Positions 28,201 to 36,753 of a stretch of 46,597 nt of DNA are shown piece by piece. Source of the stretch: an uncultured Flavobacteriaceae bacterium (GTDB taxonomy: Bacteria; Bacteroidota; Bacteroidia; Flavobacteriales; Flavobacteriaceae). The notes under the pieces were generated by a model. It was not told the origin of the DNA. It ran no database searches and was given only the letters and a program-made list of their open reading frames with translations. The stretch covers positions 1 to 46,597 of the forward strand of contig CBESOB010000001.1 of NCBI GenBank assembly GCA_965530995.1, written 5' to 3'. Each line of letters starts with the position of its first letter. Position 1 is the stretch's first letter. Made by a program: the position numbers and the translations under genes.

Positions 28201-30192
28201 GCTTCATATACCGATCAAGGGGCAACTGCTACGGATAATATTGATGGAGATCTGACTTCAAGTATTGTCGTTGGAGGAGATGTGTTTGATACAAACATAG
28301 TTGGAGCTTATGTGATCACCTATAATGTAAGTGATGCCGCAGGAAATGCCGCAACTGAAGCTACAAGAACCGTGAATGTAAATCCAGATACTACGGCGCC
28401 TATAATAACATTGATCGGTGCTTCAATACTAAACTTAAATGTTGGAGAAACGTATAACGAACAGGGAGCAACGGCATCAGATAATTTAGATGGTGATTTA
28501 ACTTCTAGTATAGTTATTTCAGGAATAGTCGACACCAATTTAGCGGGAACCTATTTTGTAAATTACAATGTAAGTGATTCCTTTGGTAACGCCGCTAATC
28601 AAATTACAAGAACTGTAAATGTAAATGCGGATTTAACGCCTCCAGTAATTACACTAATTGGTGCATCTACGATAAATTTAATAGTTGGAGACATCTATAA
28701 TGAACAAGGGGCAACTGCCACTGATAATATAGACGGAAATTTAACATCTAGTATTGTTATAGCTGGAACAGTCAATACAGCTGTAACCGGAATTTATATG
28801 GTGACTTATAACGTAAGTGATGCTGCTGGAAATGATGCAACTGAAGTGATAAGAACGATGAATGTATCAGAGCCATCCATTGGATGTGCAAGTGGAATTT
28901 CAACGTTCCCATATACTGAAGGATTCGAAAATACCTTAGGTGCTTGGACACAGTCAACTGTAGACGACATCAATTGGACCGTGGACGCCAATGGAACACC
29001 ATCAAACAATACTGGACCAGCAAGTGCTTCGCAAGGAACTTATTATGTGTTTGTAGAAGCGTCTAGTCCTAATTTCCCTAGTAAAAGAGCGATTTTGAAT
29101 TCGCCATGTTTTGATTTAAGCGCCTTATCTGAAGCTACATTCAGCTTTAAATATCACCAATTCGGATCTTCGGACATGGGGACAATTGATCTTGAATTGA
29201 GCGATGACGAAGGAGCAACTTGGACATCTATTTGGAATAGCTCAGGTAATCAAGGAAATTCTTGGTTAACTGCAAATGTGGACCTTACAGCATATGTTGG
29301 AGGAGGAGTTCAATTGAGATTTAATAGATTCGTTGGCGGAACTTGGCAGGCAGATATTGCAATTGATGATGTCAGCCTAATTGATGGAGCTGTTGTGGTA
29401 ACAGGTTGTTCAGGAGGAATCACATCATTTCCTTACACAGAAGGATTTGAAAATACCTTGGGTGCCTGGTCACAATCAAGCGCAGATGACATCAATTGGA
29501 CAGTGGATGCTAATGGAACCCCTTCTAATGGAACAGGACCATCGAGTGCTATTCAAGGATCCTATTATATTTTCGTAGAAGCCTCTGGAAATGGAACAGG
29601 ATACCCTAATAAGAGAGCTATTATTAATTCACCATGTTACGATCTAAATGCTCAATCCTCAGCTTCATTTAGTTTTAATTACCATCAATATGGATCAACC
29701 GATATGGGGACCTTAGCTTTAGAAGTAAGTAATGATAACGGATCATCATGGGTTAGTATGTGGAATAGCTCTGGTAATTTGGGTAACTCATGGCAATCGG
29801 CTAATGTAGATCTTACGGCTTATGTCGGAGGAAGTATTCAATTGAGATTCAATAGGGTCACAGGTAGTACTTGGCAAGCAGATATTGCAGTGGATAATAT
29901 TAATTTAACAACTGCTAGTTCCGCCAAAGACGATTCAATTGTATCGCGAGTTGATGATCAAATTGGAATCGATATTAAATTATATCCTAATCCAGTAAAA
30001 GGCAGCTATCTAAATATCAAATCTATGTTTAGTGAAGTGAAATACGAAGTCTTCAGTACCATAGGACAATTGGTGGCTAAAGGAAGCGTGATCAATAATA
30101 AAATAGATATAAGCGAATTAGATTCTGCAGTTTATCATATCACATTTTTTGCGGAAGGTGAAATAATAAACAAACGATTTATCAGAGAATAG
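25249..30192 (+). CDS. T9SS-secreted multidomain zinc metalloprotease (reprolysin/M12B-like, FN3, GEVED, 4x Ig-like repeat, 2x MAM, T9SS C-terminal domain)
   Basis: Signal peptide from the ATG at 25249 (MKKKLSLFIFTMSFMFVHSQ). HEMGHQFGGNH at 26254-26286 with a downstream Met-turn (STIMGYAG). FN3-like at about 27190-27440. YGEVEDYTI (GEVED). Four tandem repeats of about 81 aa. Two modules of about 170 aa, FPYTEGFENTLGAW...INWTVDANGTPS...WQADIA[IV]D (MAM-like). C-terminal KLYPNPVKG... sorting domain. Confidence 0.9.
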   Translation: MKKKLSLFIFTMSFMFVHSQNNIFWQKQAPANILDVKESRQNLPKMQTYSLDFQSLKEYLKDAPERGSFSGNSNLILSFPNADGEFEQFRIMEASVMHPDLSARYPDIKSYAGQGIEDPTARIRFSMSPLGLQSMRLSSSKNASFIEPYTNDLRQYTVYKRQDRTSDLDSFECEVTNSTSRAISGDGTLRNADDSILRTYRLAVSATGEYTQYHGGTKALALAAMNTTMTRVNGIYESDFNVTLVLTANTDDVIYTSTSSDPYGNSTSGYNNALQSTLTSVIGEANYDIGHLFANLQNNGNAGCIGCVCVNGQKGSGWTSHVAPEGDPFDVDYVAHEMGHQFGGNHTWTHGGNEGSGVQMEPGSGSTIMGYAGITGSTDVQSNSDPYFHAASIEQITDYIKSRSCQTNTNISNAVPTADAGSNYTIPKGTPFVLTGAGTDADAGDVLTYCWEQMNNGSTSTTNPNPNATSGPAFRSFNPTTDTNRYFPRLETIKTGATSWQWEAVPNVARTMNFRMTVRDNQAGGGTNNSDDSVITVNGTAGPFVLNAPNTNVTWNAGTTQTVTWNVAGTTGNGVNASNVDIFLSIDGGDTYPISLAAGVPNDGSHDIVVPNNQGSQNRIMIKGSNHVFFDISNTDFTITGQVVCNATVPAGVAASSIGPDSATLSWDAVPGASFDLQYRVVGSGTWATLSVNGISSVLSGLTAITQYEAQVRSTCPDNSTSAYSGIINFTTTDVLLNYCNSASTNVNDEFISRVQLNTIDNSSGAQFYSDFTSISTTLTKDSQYTITVTPTWTGTVYNEAYAVWIDYNRDGDFADTGEQVWTQGNTQTSSVSGNFTVPVGAVENSTRMRVSMKYNGIPTSCESFTYGEVEDYTIIIEGSGPDTTSPVITLNGPSTIDLNVGDTYTEQGATAADNIDGDLTSSIVVGGDIVDTNAGGVYVVTYNVSDAAGNAATEITRTVNVIPDTTAPIITRIGAATINLELGASYTDQGATATDNIDGDLTSSIVVGGDVFDTNIVGAYVITYNVSDAAGNAATEATRTVNVNPDTTAPIITLIGASILNLNVGETYNEQGATASDNLDGDLTSSIVISGIVDTNLAGTYFVNYNVSDSFGNAANQITRTVNVNADLTPPVITLIGASTINLIVGDIYNEQGATATDNIDGNLTSSIVIAGTVNTAVTGIYMVTYNVSDAAGNDATEVIRTMNVSEPSIGCASGISTFPYTEGFENTLGAWTQSTVDDINWTVDANGTPSNNTGPASASQGTYYVFVEASSPNFPSKRAILNSPCFDLSALSEATFSFKYHQFGSSDMGTIDLELSDDEGATWTSIWNSSGNQGNSWLTANVDLTAYVGGGVQLRFNRFVGGTWQADIAIDDVSLIDGAVVVTGCSGGITSFPYTEGFENTLGAWSQSSADDINWTVDANGTPSNGTGPSSAIQGSYYIFVEASGNGTGYPNKRAIINSPCYDLNAQSSASFSFNYHQYGSTDMGTLALEVSNDNGSSWVSMWNSSGNLGNSWQSANVDLTAYVGGSIQLRFNRVTGSTWQADIAVDNINLTTASSAKDDSIVSRVDDQIGIDIKLYPNPVKGSYLNIKSMFSEVKYEVFSTIGQLVAKGSVINNKIDISELDSAVYHITFFAEGEIINKRFIRE
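27895..28869 (+). repeat. Four in-frame tandem repeats of 243-246 bp (Ig-like modules) inside the protease gene
   Basis: Units start near 27895, 28138, 28384 and 28627. Exact shared blocks: 27988-28031 = 28234-28277 (44 bp) and 28075-28109 = 28321-28355 (35 bp). Confidence 0.9.
28885..29910 (+). repeat. Two diverged tandem copies (about 522-bp period) encoding the MAM-like modules
   Basis: Copy 1 starts at tgtgcaagtggaatttca (28885) and copy 2 at tgttcaggaggaatcaca (29407). The protein copies align along their whole length. Confidence 0.8.
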
Positions 30193-30210
30193 ATAACCCG
30201 ATTTTTAAAG

Positions 30211-30243
30211 AAAAAGTCCAGGTCTTAGACCTGGACTTTTTTT
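30211..30243. terminator. Bidirectional intrinsic terminator between the protease and exonuclease genes
   Basis: aaaa-agtccaggtc-tta-gacctggact-tttttt: a 10-bp stem flanked by A and T runs. It abuts the stop codon of the minus-strand gene. Confidence 0.85.
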
Positions 30244-30955
30244 ATTTATGAATGATTTCAGTGTCTTGTAGAATTTCATTACCTCGCAAGCGAAGAAGTA
30301 TTTGCGCAACTGTGATGGTATCTCTCTCACAGTAAGTCACGATTCTATCAATATTTTTTTCTTCATAGAACACACCATAAACTTCACTACCATCAATATC
30401 ATCTTTAGGCGAAGGTATATTAAGGACATTTGCCATGAGCTTTAAGGAGGTGTAGTTTTTATAGTCCCCGAATTTCCATAGTTCCATAGTATCCAGATGA
30501 GGTACTTCCCATGGTTTCTTACCAAAGAGGTTTAATTTAAATGGCAATTCGATACCGTTAATGATCATGCGCCGTGCAATGTAAGGGAAGTCGAATTCTT
30601 TACCATTATGGGCACAAAGCAGATGTTTGACTTGACTGAAATGTGACATTAGCAGGTTCTTAAAATCTTTAAGGATTTTCACCTCGTCATCAAAGAATGA
30701 TGTTACCCTGAAAGCCCTTATATCATCATCGAGATTAAAATACCCAACGGAAATACAAACAATTTTTCCGAATTCTGCCCAAATGCCTGCTCGAGGATAA
30801 AATTCATCAGCAGTGAATTCATCCTTTCGCTGGTATTGCGATTTAGCGTCCCAGAGTTCCTGTTTTTCCTTCGTTAATTCAGAAAAATGCCGAGTTTCAG
30901 GAACCGTTTCAATGTCTAAGAACAATATGTTTTCCAAATTGAGTTTACTGATCAT
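30242..30955 (-). CDS. RNase H-fold 3'-5' exonuclease related to the PolB exonuclease domain
   Basis: The ExoI-like motif LFLDIETVP near the N-terminus and later acidic motifs (HNGKEFDFPY, YCERD) resemble the family I recall as 'predicted 3'-5' exonuclease related to PolB'. The ATG at 30955 is preferred over TTG at 30961. Confidence 0.7.
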   Translation of the reverse strand: MISKLNLENILFLDIETVPETRHFSELTKEKQELWDAKSQYQRKDEFTADEFYPRAGIWAEFGKIVCISVGYFNLDDDIRAFRVTSFFDDEVKILKDFKNLLMSHFSQVKHLLCAHNGKEFDFPYIARRMIINGIELPFKLNLFGKKPWEVPHLDTMELWKFGDYKNYTSLKLMANVLNIPSPKDDIDGSEVYGVFYEEKNIDRIVTYCERDTITVAQILLRLRGNEILQDTEIIHK

Positions 30956-30957
30956 CG

Positions 30958-33201
30958 TCAATCTTTTATTTTATTGCTAGCTCCAATATTTTTTAAAATG
31001 ATGTCCAATGCTTTTTCTAATGGTTCATCTTTTCCGTTCTTTATCCCTTCAATCGTAGGAAGCACTTCAACGTCTGGTACTATACCAATACGCTGCGTTT
31101 CTGTCCCATCAGGATAATTAACACCTATACCAGAGATCATGGTATTTAATCCCCCAGGAAGCGTTATTCTGGATACATTACCATCTGCACCGGCAGTTGT
31201 GCTTCCCAGGATGGTTACATTATCGCCAGCCCTGAATGCCATGCTAGTATATTCTGCACTACTTTGTGTAAGTTCATTTACTATAACTACTACTTTGCCT
31301 TTGTAGGTTTTGCCCTTGGCAGAAATCGAAAGATCTTTACCAAAAGTGAATTCCCCAGGGTTATCGACATTGCCATTCGTGAATTTAACGAATGGAGCAT
31401 GATCCGAAGTGAAATATGAACCTAGAAGAAAGGGTGTGAACGCGGAAGGATAATTTCGAATATCTACAACAATACCTTTAGTGTTAATAAATTGTGCTTT
31501 TATCTCTTCAATATCTTCTAGCTTAATATTTTTCAGAGTAACATAACCAATATTGTTGTCGAGCATTTTATAGCTTTTGCCTTCAGGATCACGTCTATAC
31601 CATCTGTAGTAATCGAGTTTATTTTTTTCAAACAATGATAGCTCTTTGCTTTCTTCTTTTTGCTTTCTGATATAATTTATAGAAATGGTATTTGAGTTTG
31701 ATCTTAGCAAATCGGCCGAAATATCACGTAAGCGCGTAGGTTGATTGGATGCAGGGTAATACGGGTTGACTTCTTTGACAAGATCCTCAATTGTTTTCCC
31801 ATTGATCTTGGTGATCACATCGCCTAATTCTAAACCAATAGATTTTTTCATTTCTGGGTTGTAATAATCAGTGACCACTAATCGACCCTCAATGAATCGA
31901 ACATGAACAGGTGGGAAGAATTCACCTCTTTGATCTTGTATGGCATTATTTCCTCCCCAGAGATTGGCATGTGTGTCTTTTACATCTCCAATGAGTTGAA
32001 TTGCCGCTAACTCAAATTCGAGTTCGTTTTTTGCATTGATGAATTTAGGTATGTACTCTGTCAAGGTGGTACTCCAATCCTTGTCCATCAAATGCCTGTA
32101 TGGGAAATAATATTGAATTATGTTCCAGTATTTGAATAGTGTCAGCAAACGAAATCCATCATCAGGATACACACCAATATCAATATATGCTCTTTCATTC
32201 TTGAATTCAGGATTGCCAACATTAGCGGTCATGCCAATATAAAAGTGATCACCCTGATGTCTGTTCTTTTGAATGTATTTCAGTTTCGCTTTTAAATCTG
32301 GGGAAAGAGCATTACTATCCATCCATTTCAGATCTGGCTTTAAGAAAGAATCTTCAGGAGTTTCTTTGCACGATTTACATTCTGCGATACCTCCATATTT
32401 TTCGATCCACTTCAATAGCATAGTATCTCGGGCTACTTTGTCTGAAGCCTTTATATAATCAGGCATCATTCGGAACAATTCAAAATCCCAGTTGTAATTG
32501 CCTTTTCCGACCTCGGGATGATAGTACTTTAAAAACCCCCAAACTCTTCCTAGAAGGTCAAGATCAGTAATTATCTGATTGTTTAGCTCTGGAATTATTA
32601 TTTTCGACCCAGTATTGAATTCAGAATCTTTTGCTGCTGGTAATAGCTCTTTTTCTGGGGCGTTTTCTAATGATTTCCCATCTATCGTAATTTTGAGGTC
32701 ATCAATCCACATTTTACCTTTCCCAACCAAAAGACCACCGACAACAATTAGTCTGGCTTGAGAAGGTTTTAAGTCTAATTCTATTTCGTATTTCTTCCAG
32801 TCCGAAGTACCTTTTACACCGCGATTATTCATGTTATCAAAAGCGACTTGAGGATCAATACGCATCCAAAGTCCTGCATAGCCATCAGTTACGTTTTCAG
32901 TTTTGATGTAACCGGTAAGCTTGATTTTCTTTCCACCGTAATCTGCAGGAATGTTATAGGCCCAAGCCTTAAAGTCGGATGAATTGCCATCATACTCAAT
33001 AAACGCAGAATTATTCCCATTCTTGGCAATCTTAGTATCGATTGAAATGGAATAATCCGAGCTTCCAAAATTTTTCCAACCTATTGGCTTGTTGTCGGAA
33101 ACGGATTCGAAGTCTAAGTTCCTTAACTCTTGTTTTTCTTGTGAAAAAGAGTTTACGATAGATAGTATTGAACAAAATAAAAGAGCGATGAATTTTTTCA
33201 T
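30958..33201 (-). CDS. S41 family (tail-specific-type) serine peptidase with N-terminal beta-sandwich and PDZ-like region
   Basis: Signal peptide; PDZ-like GDVITKINGKTIEDL; catalytic region VIVNELTQSSAEY with a downstream IGVNYPDG...GIVPD. Confidence 0.85.
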   Translation of the reverse strand: MKKFIALLFCSILSIVNSFSQEKQELRNLDFESVSDNKPIGWKNFGSSDYSISIDTKIAKNGNNSAFIEYDGNSSDFKAWAYNIPADYGGKKIKLTGYIKTENVTDGYAGLWMRIDPQVAFDNMNNRGVKGTSDWKKYEIELDLKPSQARLIVVGGLLVGKGKMWIDDLKITIDGKSLENAPEKELLPAAKDSEFNTGSKIIIPELNNQIITDLDLLGRVWGFLKYYHPEVGKGNYNWDFELFRMMPDYIKASDKVARDTMLLKWIEKYGGIAECKSCKETPEDSFLKPDLKWMDSNALSPDLKAKLKYIQKNRHQGDHFYIGMTANVGNPEFKNERAYIDIGVYPDDGFRLLTLFKYWNIIQYYFPYRHLMDKDWSTTLTEYIPKFINAKNELEFELAAIQLIGDVKDTHANLWGGNNAIQDQRGEFFPPVHVRFIEGRLVVTDYYNPEMKKSIGLELGDVITKINGKTIEDLVKEVNPYYPASNQPTRLRDISADLLRSNSNTISINYIRKQKEESKELSLFEKNKLDYYRWYRRDPEGKSYKMLDNNIGYVTLKNIKLEDIEEIKAQFINTKGIVVDIRNYPSAFTPFLLGSYFTSDHAPFVKFTNGNVDNPGEFTFGKDLSISAKGKTYKGKVVVIVNELTQSSAEYTSMAFRAGDNVTILGSTTAGADGNVSRITLPGGLNTMISGIGVNYPDGTETQRIGIVPDVEVLPTIEGIKNGKDEPLEKALDIILKNIGASNKIKD

Positions 33202-33273
33202 GACTTATTGGTTGTTTTAAAAAAAAGCAATTGCTTATCTACTCAACGTAACAAGCTGTTAAATAACAAAACA

Positions 33274-34431
33274 TTAAGATTTTTGATTCAGCATTTTATA
33301 TGCTTCTTCAATGTATATGGAAATATCCTTAGTATAAGATCCTATACCAGCATCCGGCGATTTTTGATGACCTAAACGCACAATGATCACATTGTCTTCA
33401 GGTTGTACAATAACATATTGACCTAAATGACCACGCATCATAAAAAAATCTTTTCCTAATTGGTTTTTTAACCACCATCCATAACCGTATTGAGGGCTTT
33501 CTGCAAATCGAGGTCTTATCGATTTAGATACAAAAGCCGAATCAAGAAGTTCTTTGCCCTGCCATTTACCATGATCTTTATAAAGCTTACCAAAACGCGC
33601 AAAATCCTTGGCATTACTGGCAATACAACAATAGGCCTTCACAAGGTCATGATCATCGCTATCCACTTGCCATAATGTGGAATTCTCACAACCAAGGGGT
33701 TTCCAGAAACTCTCGGACAAGTAATCATATATTTTCTTACCAGTGGCTTTTTCTATGACCATAGCTAATATCTGTGTATCACCACTAGAATATTTGAATT
33801 TTTGTCCAGGGTCTTCTACGACCTTTAATCCTAGCATGACCTTTTCAAGATCATCATCAAAATACGCTCTTGTGGTTATGGATAAGGGTGAGTAATAGGC
33901 TTCATCCCAATTAGTACCCGACGCCATACTGGATAGATCCCCAACAGTCATTTTTGCAGCCTTACCTTCACTGAATTCTGGGATGAAGTCACTGACTGGC
34001 TGATCTAAATTTTTGATCTTCCCCTGCATAATGGCTTTGCCCATTAATCCAGAAACGTAACTTTTAGCCATAGAAAACGAATTGGTTTTTGAATTCGCTC
34101 CATAGCCATCGTAATAATTCTCGAACCATATACTATCATTCTTAATAATAACATATGCCACAGTACCATACGCATTATTGGATGTAATAAGCTCATCAGT
34201 TTCTGTAACCGAGTTATAATTTTCGTGATTAGGCCAAGGCTGTGTTATGTCATTTTCAATTATCCGGTTGTCGAATTTTTTATAGTCATCTAGAAAAGCA
34301 GTTTTGTGCCCGCTCATATAGATGGTCCGAACTGCTTTTAGCAGGTAATCTGTATCAGTTATATAAAGGATACCTACAGTGAATAAAAGGACAATAGCCA
34401 AAACTTTGAATAATTTCTTAATGAACCGCAT
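33274..34431 (-). CDS. Serine hydrolase (beta-lactamase/transpeptidase-like family)
   Basis: N-terminal anchor. SxxK motif in FSMAKS. GYGWW near the C-terminus, as in class C-like esterases. Confidence 0.8.
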   Translation of the reverse strand: MRFIKKLFKVLAIVLLFTVGILYITDTDYLLKAVRTIYMSGHKTAFLDDYKKFDNRIIENDITQPWPNHENYNSVTETDELITSNNAYGTVAYVIIKNDSIWFENYYDGYGANSKTNSFSMAKSYVSGLMGKAIMQGKIKNLDQPVSDFIPEFSEGKAAKMTVGDLSSMASGTNWDEAYYSPLSITTRAYFDDDLEKVMLGLKVVEDPGQKFKYSSGDTQILAMVIEKATGKKIYDYLSESFWKPLGCENSTLWQVDSDDHDLVKAYCCIASNAKDFARFGKLYKDHGKWQGKELLDSAFVSKSIRPRFAESPQYGYGWWLKNQLGKDFFMMRGHLGQYVIVQPEDNVIIVRLGHQKSPDAGIGSYTKDISIYIEEAYKMLNQKS

Positions 34432-34462
34432 ATAGTAAATTTTCTACAAGTTAGTAATATTA

Positions 34463-34936
34463 TTAAAATAAAGATTGTTGTTTTACTGGATTTTCATGAT
34501 CGAGCAACCACTTTTTTCTATGAAGACCGCCAGCATAGCCGGTCAAAGACCCGTCAGTACCAATGACTCGATGACATGGCACAACAATCCACAAAGGATT
34601 CTTCCCATTAGCATTGGCAACTGCTCGAATTGCCTTAACATTACCTAATTGTTTTGAAAGCTCGAGATAGGATAGTGTTTTTCCATATGGAATTGCCAAA
34701 AGGGCATCCCAAACTTTTTTTTGAAAATCTGTACCATTAGGATTAATCTTAAAGTTGAATTCTTTGCGCTTTCCCTCAAAATACTCATTAAGTTGAGAAG
34801 CACAAGTAGCCAACTCTTCTGGAAGATTGTCTGAAAGGATTAATTCTTCGTTCAGCACAGTGATTGTCTTAACTCCGTTCTTATCGCCTTCTATTTTAGC
34901 AGGACCTAATGGTGTGTTTATGATTGCATTTTTCAT
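34463..34936 (-). CDS. ogt: Methylated-DNA--protein-cysteine methyltransferase
   Basis: Active-site PCHRV, NANGKNPL and the YGKTLSY helix-turn-wing region. Confidence 0.9.
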   Translation of the reverse strand: MKNAIINTPLGPAKIEGDKNGVKTITVLNEELILSDNLPEELATCASQLNEYFEGKRKEFNFKINPNGTDFQKKVWDALLAIPYGKTLSYLELSKQLGNVKAIRAVANANGKNPLWIVVPCHRVIGTDGSLTGYAGGLHRKKWLLDHENPVKQQSLF

Positions 34937-34974
34937 TCAATTAAAATATGTTTCTCTTTAGTTTATTAAAAAAC

Positions 34975-35021
34975 AATGTATTTCATCGATTAAACGACTG
35001 TTTAATTGGACGAAATACATT
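34975..35021. promoter_or_regulatory. 47-nt imperfect hairpin flanked by A6/T6 between the divergent ogt and hypothetical gene starts
   Basis: Outer arms aatgtatttc (34975-34984) / gaaatacatt (35012-35021). Inner arms attaaac (34989-34995) / gtttaat (35000-35006). T run at 35020-35025 and A run at 34968-34973. Confidence 0.5.
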
Positions 35022-35056
35022 TTTTATCTATGTTAGTAATCCCAAATCTATTAATA

Positions 35057-35569
35057 ATGAAATCCCTACTTATTCTCTCTGCATTTGTATTTTCATCATT
35101 CACTTTCATCAGCCCTAACCATAATTTTAAGATTGAAAGCAATAACTTGATATGGCAAAAGGTCTATAATAGTGAGCAATCAGTTTTCGAATTATACGAA
35201 TCACTGCGTGCGCATGGAAATTACGAAAAAATATACATTGTCAGGGAAGAAGTTATCTTCACTTTTAATTTTGATAGCGCCAATGAATTAGGGGCACATG
35301 GCTATAAAAAATCAAATTATCCAAGTTATTTGAAACCTGGAGGAAAATACACAGGATACTTACAAAAGAAAAATGGACGTTATAGAGTAACCATAACAGG
35401 TGTTAATTTCAATTGGAACGGTGATCTTGTATCCAACATTGATGAGGCAGCACTTAAAAGAGGTGAAATAAGAGACAATAACAGAACTAAAAAGGTCATT
35501 CAATTATTTGATAGATACTTTAATAATAAATTCAGCTTGATAAAGGAGTCTAGAAATAGTAATTGGTAA
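35057..35569 (+). CDS. Hypothetical secreted protein
   Basis: The ATG at 35057 gives MKSLLILSAFVFSSFTFIS (signal-like). No family recognised. Confidence 0.55.
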   Translation: MKSLLILSAFVFSSFTFISPNHNFKIESNNLIWQKVYNSEQSVFELYESLRAHGNYEKIYIVREEVIFTFNFDSANELGAHGYKKSNYPSYLKPGGKYTGYLQKKNGRYRVTITGVNFNWNGDLVSNIDEAALKRGEIRDNNRTKKVIQLFDRYFNNKFSLIKESRNSNW

Positions 35570-35597
35570 TAGCTGATTTTACAGTTGATTATTAGCG

Positions 35598-35632
35598 AAA
35601 AAACTCGGTCTTGTTTCAAGACCGAGTTTTTT
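35598..35632. terminator. Bidirectional intrinsic terminator
   Basis: aaaaaa-ctcggtctt-gtttc-aagaccgag-tttttt: a 9-bp stem. It overlaps the stop codon (35631-35633) of the convergent CNNM gene. Confidence 0.85.
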
Positions 35633-36713
35633 ATTTTGGTTCATCAGGCTTTGTTTCTTCTAATAAGCCAAGACGCTTAGCCCGTGTTTCCCAGCTTTTC
35701 CTTGCCAACATTTGTAAGTCTGCAACATTATCACTTTCGTCCATGATCTCCAATCCTAATAAAGTTTCTATAACATCTTCCATCGTTACTAATCCGCTTA
35801 CAGACCCGTATTCATCAACGACGAGTGCCATATGATTCCTGTTTTCTACCAATTGTTCGAAAAGACCGGGGATAGCAATGTCACGATTTATAATAATGAT
35901 ATTCCTCTTTATATCTGCCAGTTTTTTGTGACCATTGTCATTTGCCATTTCCTTATAGACTTCATCTTTTAGAACAAGCCCAGTAATATTATCGGGTGAA
36001 TCGCTGAAAACAGGTATTCTAGAGAAACGAAGAGTTTGGTTGGCATCGAAAAAGGCCTTTACTGTTGTTGTTTCATCTTCAATTTTCATGACTGTTCTTG
36101 GTGTCATGATATCTTTGGCACGAACTTCCTTGAAGGTCAATAAGTTCTTAATGAAATTCCGCTCAGACTCTGCAAAAACGCCTTTTTCATGGGCAATGTC
36201 CGTCATCGCACCAAAATCTTCACGACTCAATACGCTTCCAGGATGACCACTACCACCAATAAGTTTAGTCGTGAGTTGCATCAACCAAAGAAGTCCAGTC
36301 CATTTTAAAGGAAATATCAAAACATTCAGCGCCATGGATGTAAAACTAGCCAACCCCTTCCAATAGGTCGCTCCAATCGTTTTTGGAATTATTTCTGAAA
36401 GCACCAATATCAATAAGGTCATTGCCGCGGATACGATAAAAATGGAATTGTTGCCATTACCAAATACTTTTTCAGCTTGTACTCCAACTAAAATAGCACC
36501 AACGGTATGTGCGATAGTATTGAGTGTCAAGATTGCTATCAACGGTCTATCGACATCCTTTTTAAGAACCTCGAGGTTTTTTGCATAGGCCTTGCCTTCT
36601 TTTACTTTTACGTTAATGAACGTTGGGGTCACACTTAGAAGCACAGCCTCTAAAATTGAACATAAAAACGAAAAGAAAATAGAAATTACAGCGTAAAAAA
36701 TGAGTAAGCTCAT
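35631..36713 (-). CDS. CNNM/DUF21 plus CBS-pair membrane protein (HlyC/CorC family)
   Basis: N-terminal four-helix DUF21-like region (EIIPKTIG) followed by tandem CBS-like segments (VRAKDIMTPR..., GLVTMEDVIETLLG). Confidence 0.85.
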   Translation of the reverse strand: MSLLIFYAVISIFFSFLCSILEAVLLSVTPTFINVKVKEGKAYAKNLEVLKKDVDRPLIAILTLNTIAHTVGAILVGVQAEKVFGNGNNSIFIVSAAMTLLILVLSEIIPKTIGATYWKGLASFTSMALNVLIFPLKWTGLLWLMQLTTKLIGGSGHPGSVLSREDFGAMTDIAHEKGVFAESERNFIKNLLTFKEVRAKDIMTPRTVMKIEDETTTVKAFFDANQTLRFSRIPVFSDSPDNITGLVLKDEVYKEMANDNGHKKLADIKRNIIIINRDIAIPGLFEQLVENRNHMALVVDEYGSVSGLVTMEDVIETLLGLEIMDESDNVADLQMLARKSWETRAKRLGLLEETKPDEPK

Positions 36714-36753
36714 AGAAAGTTTTCTGAATTCAAAAGTACAGATTATTTAGCAA

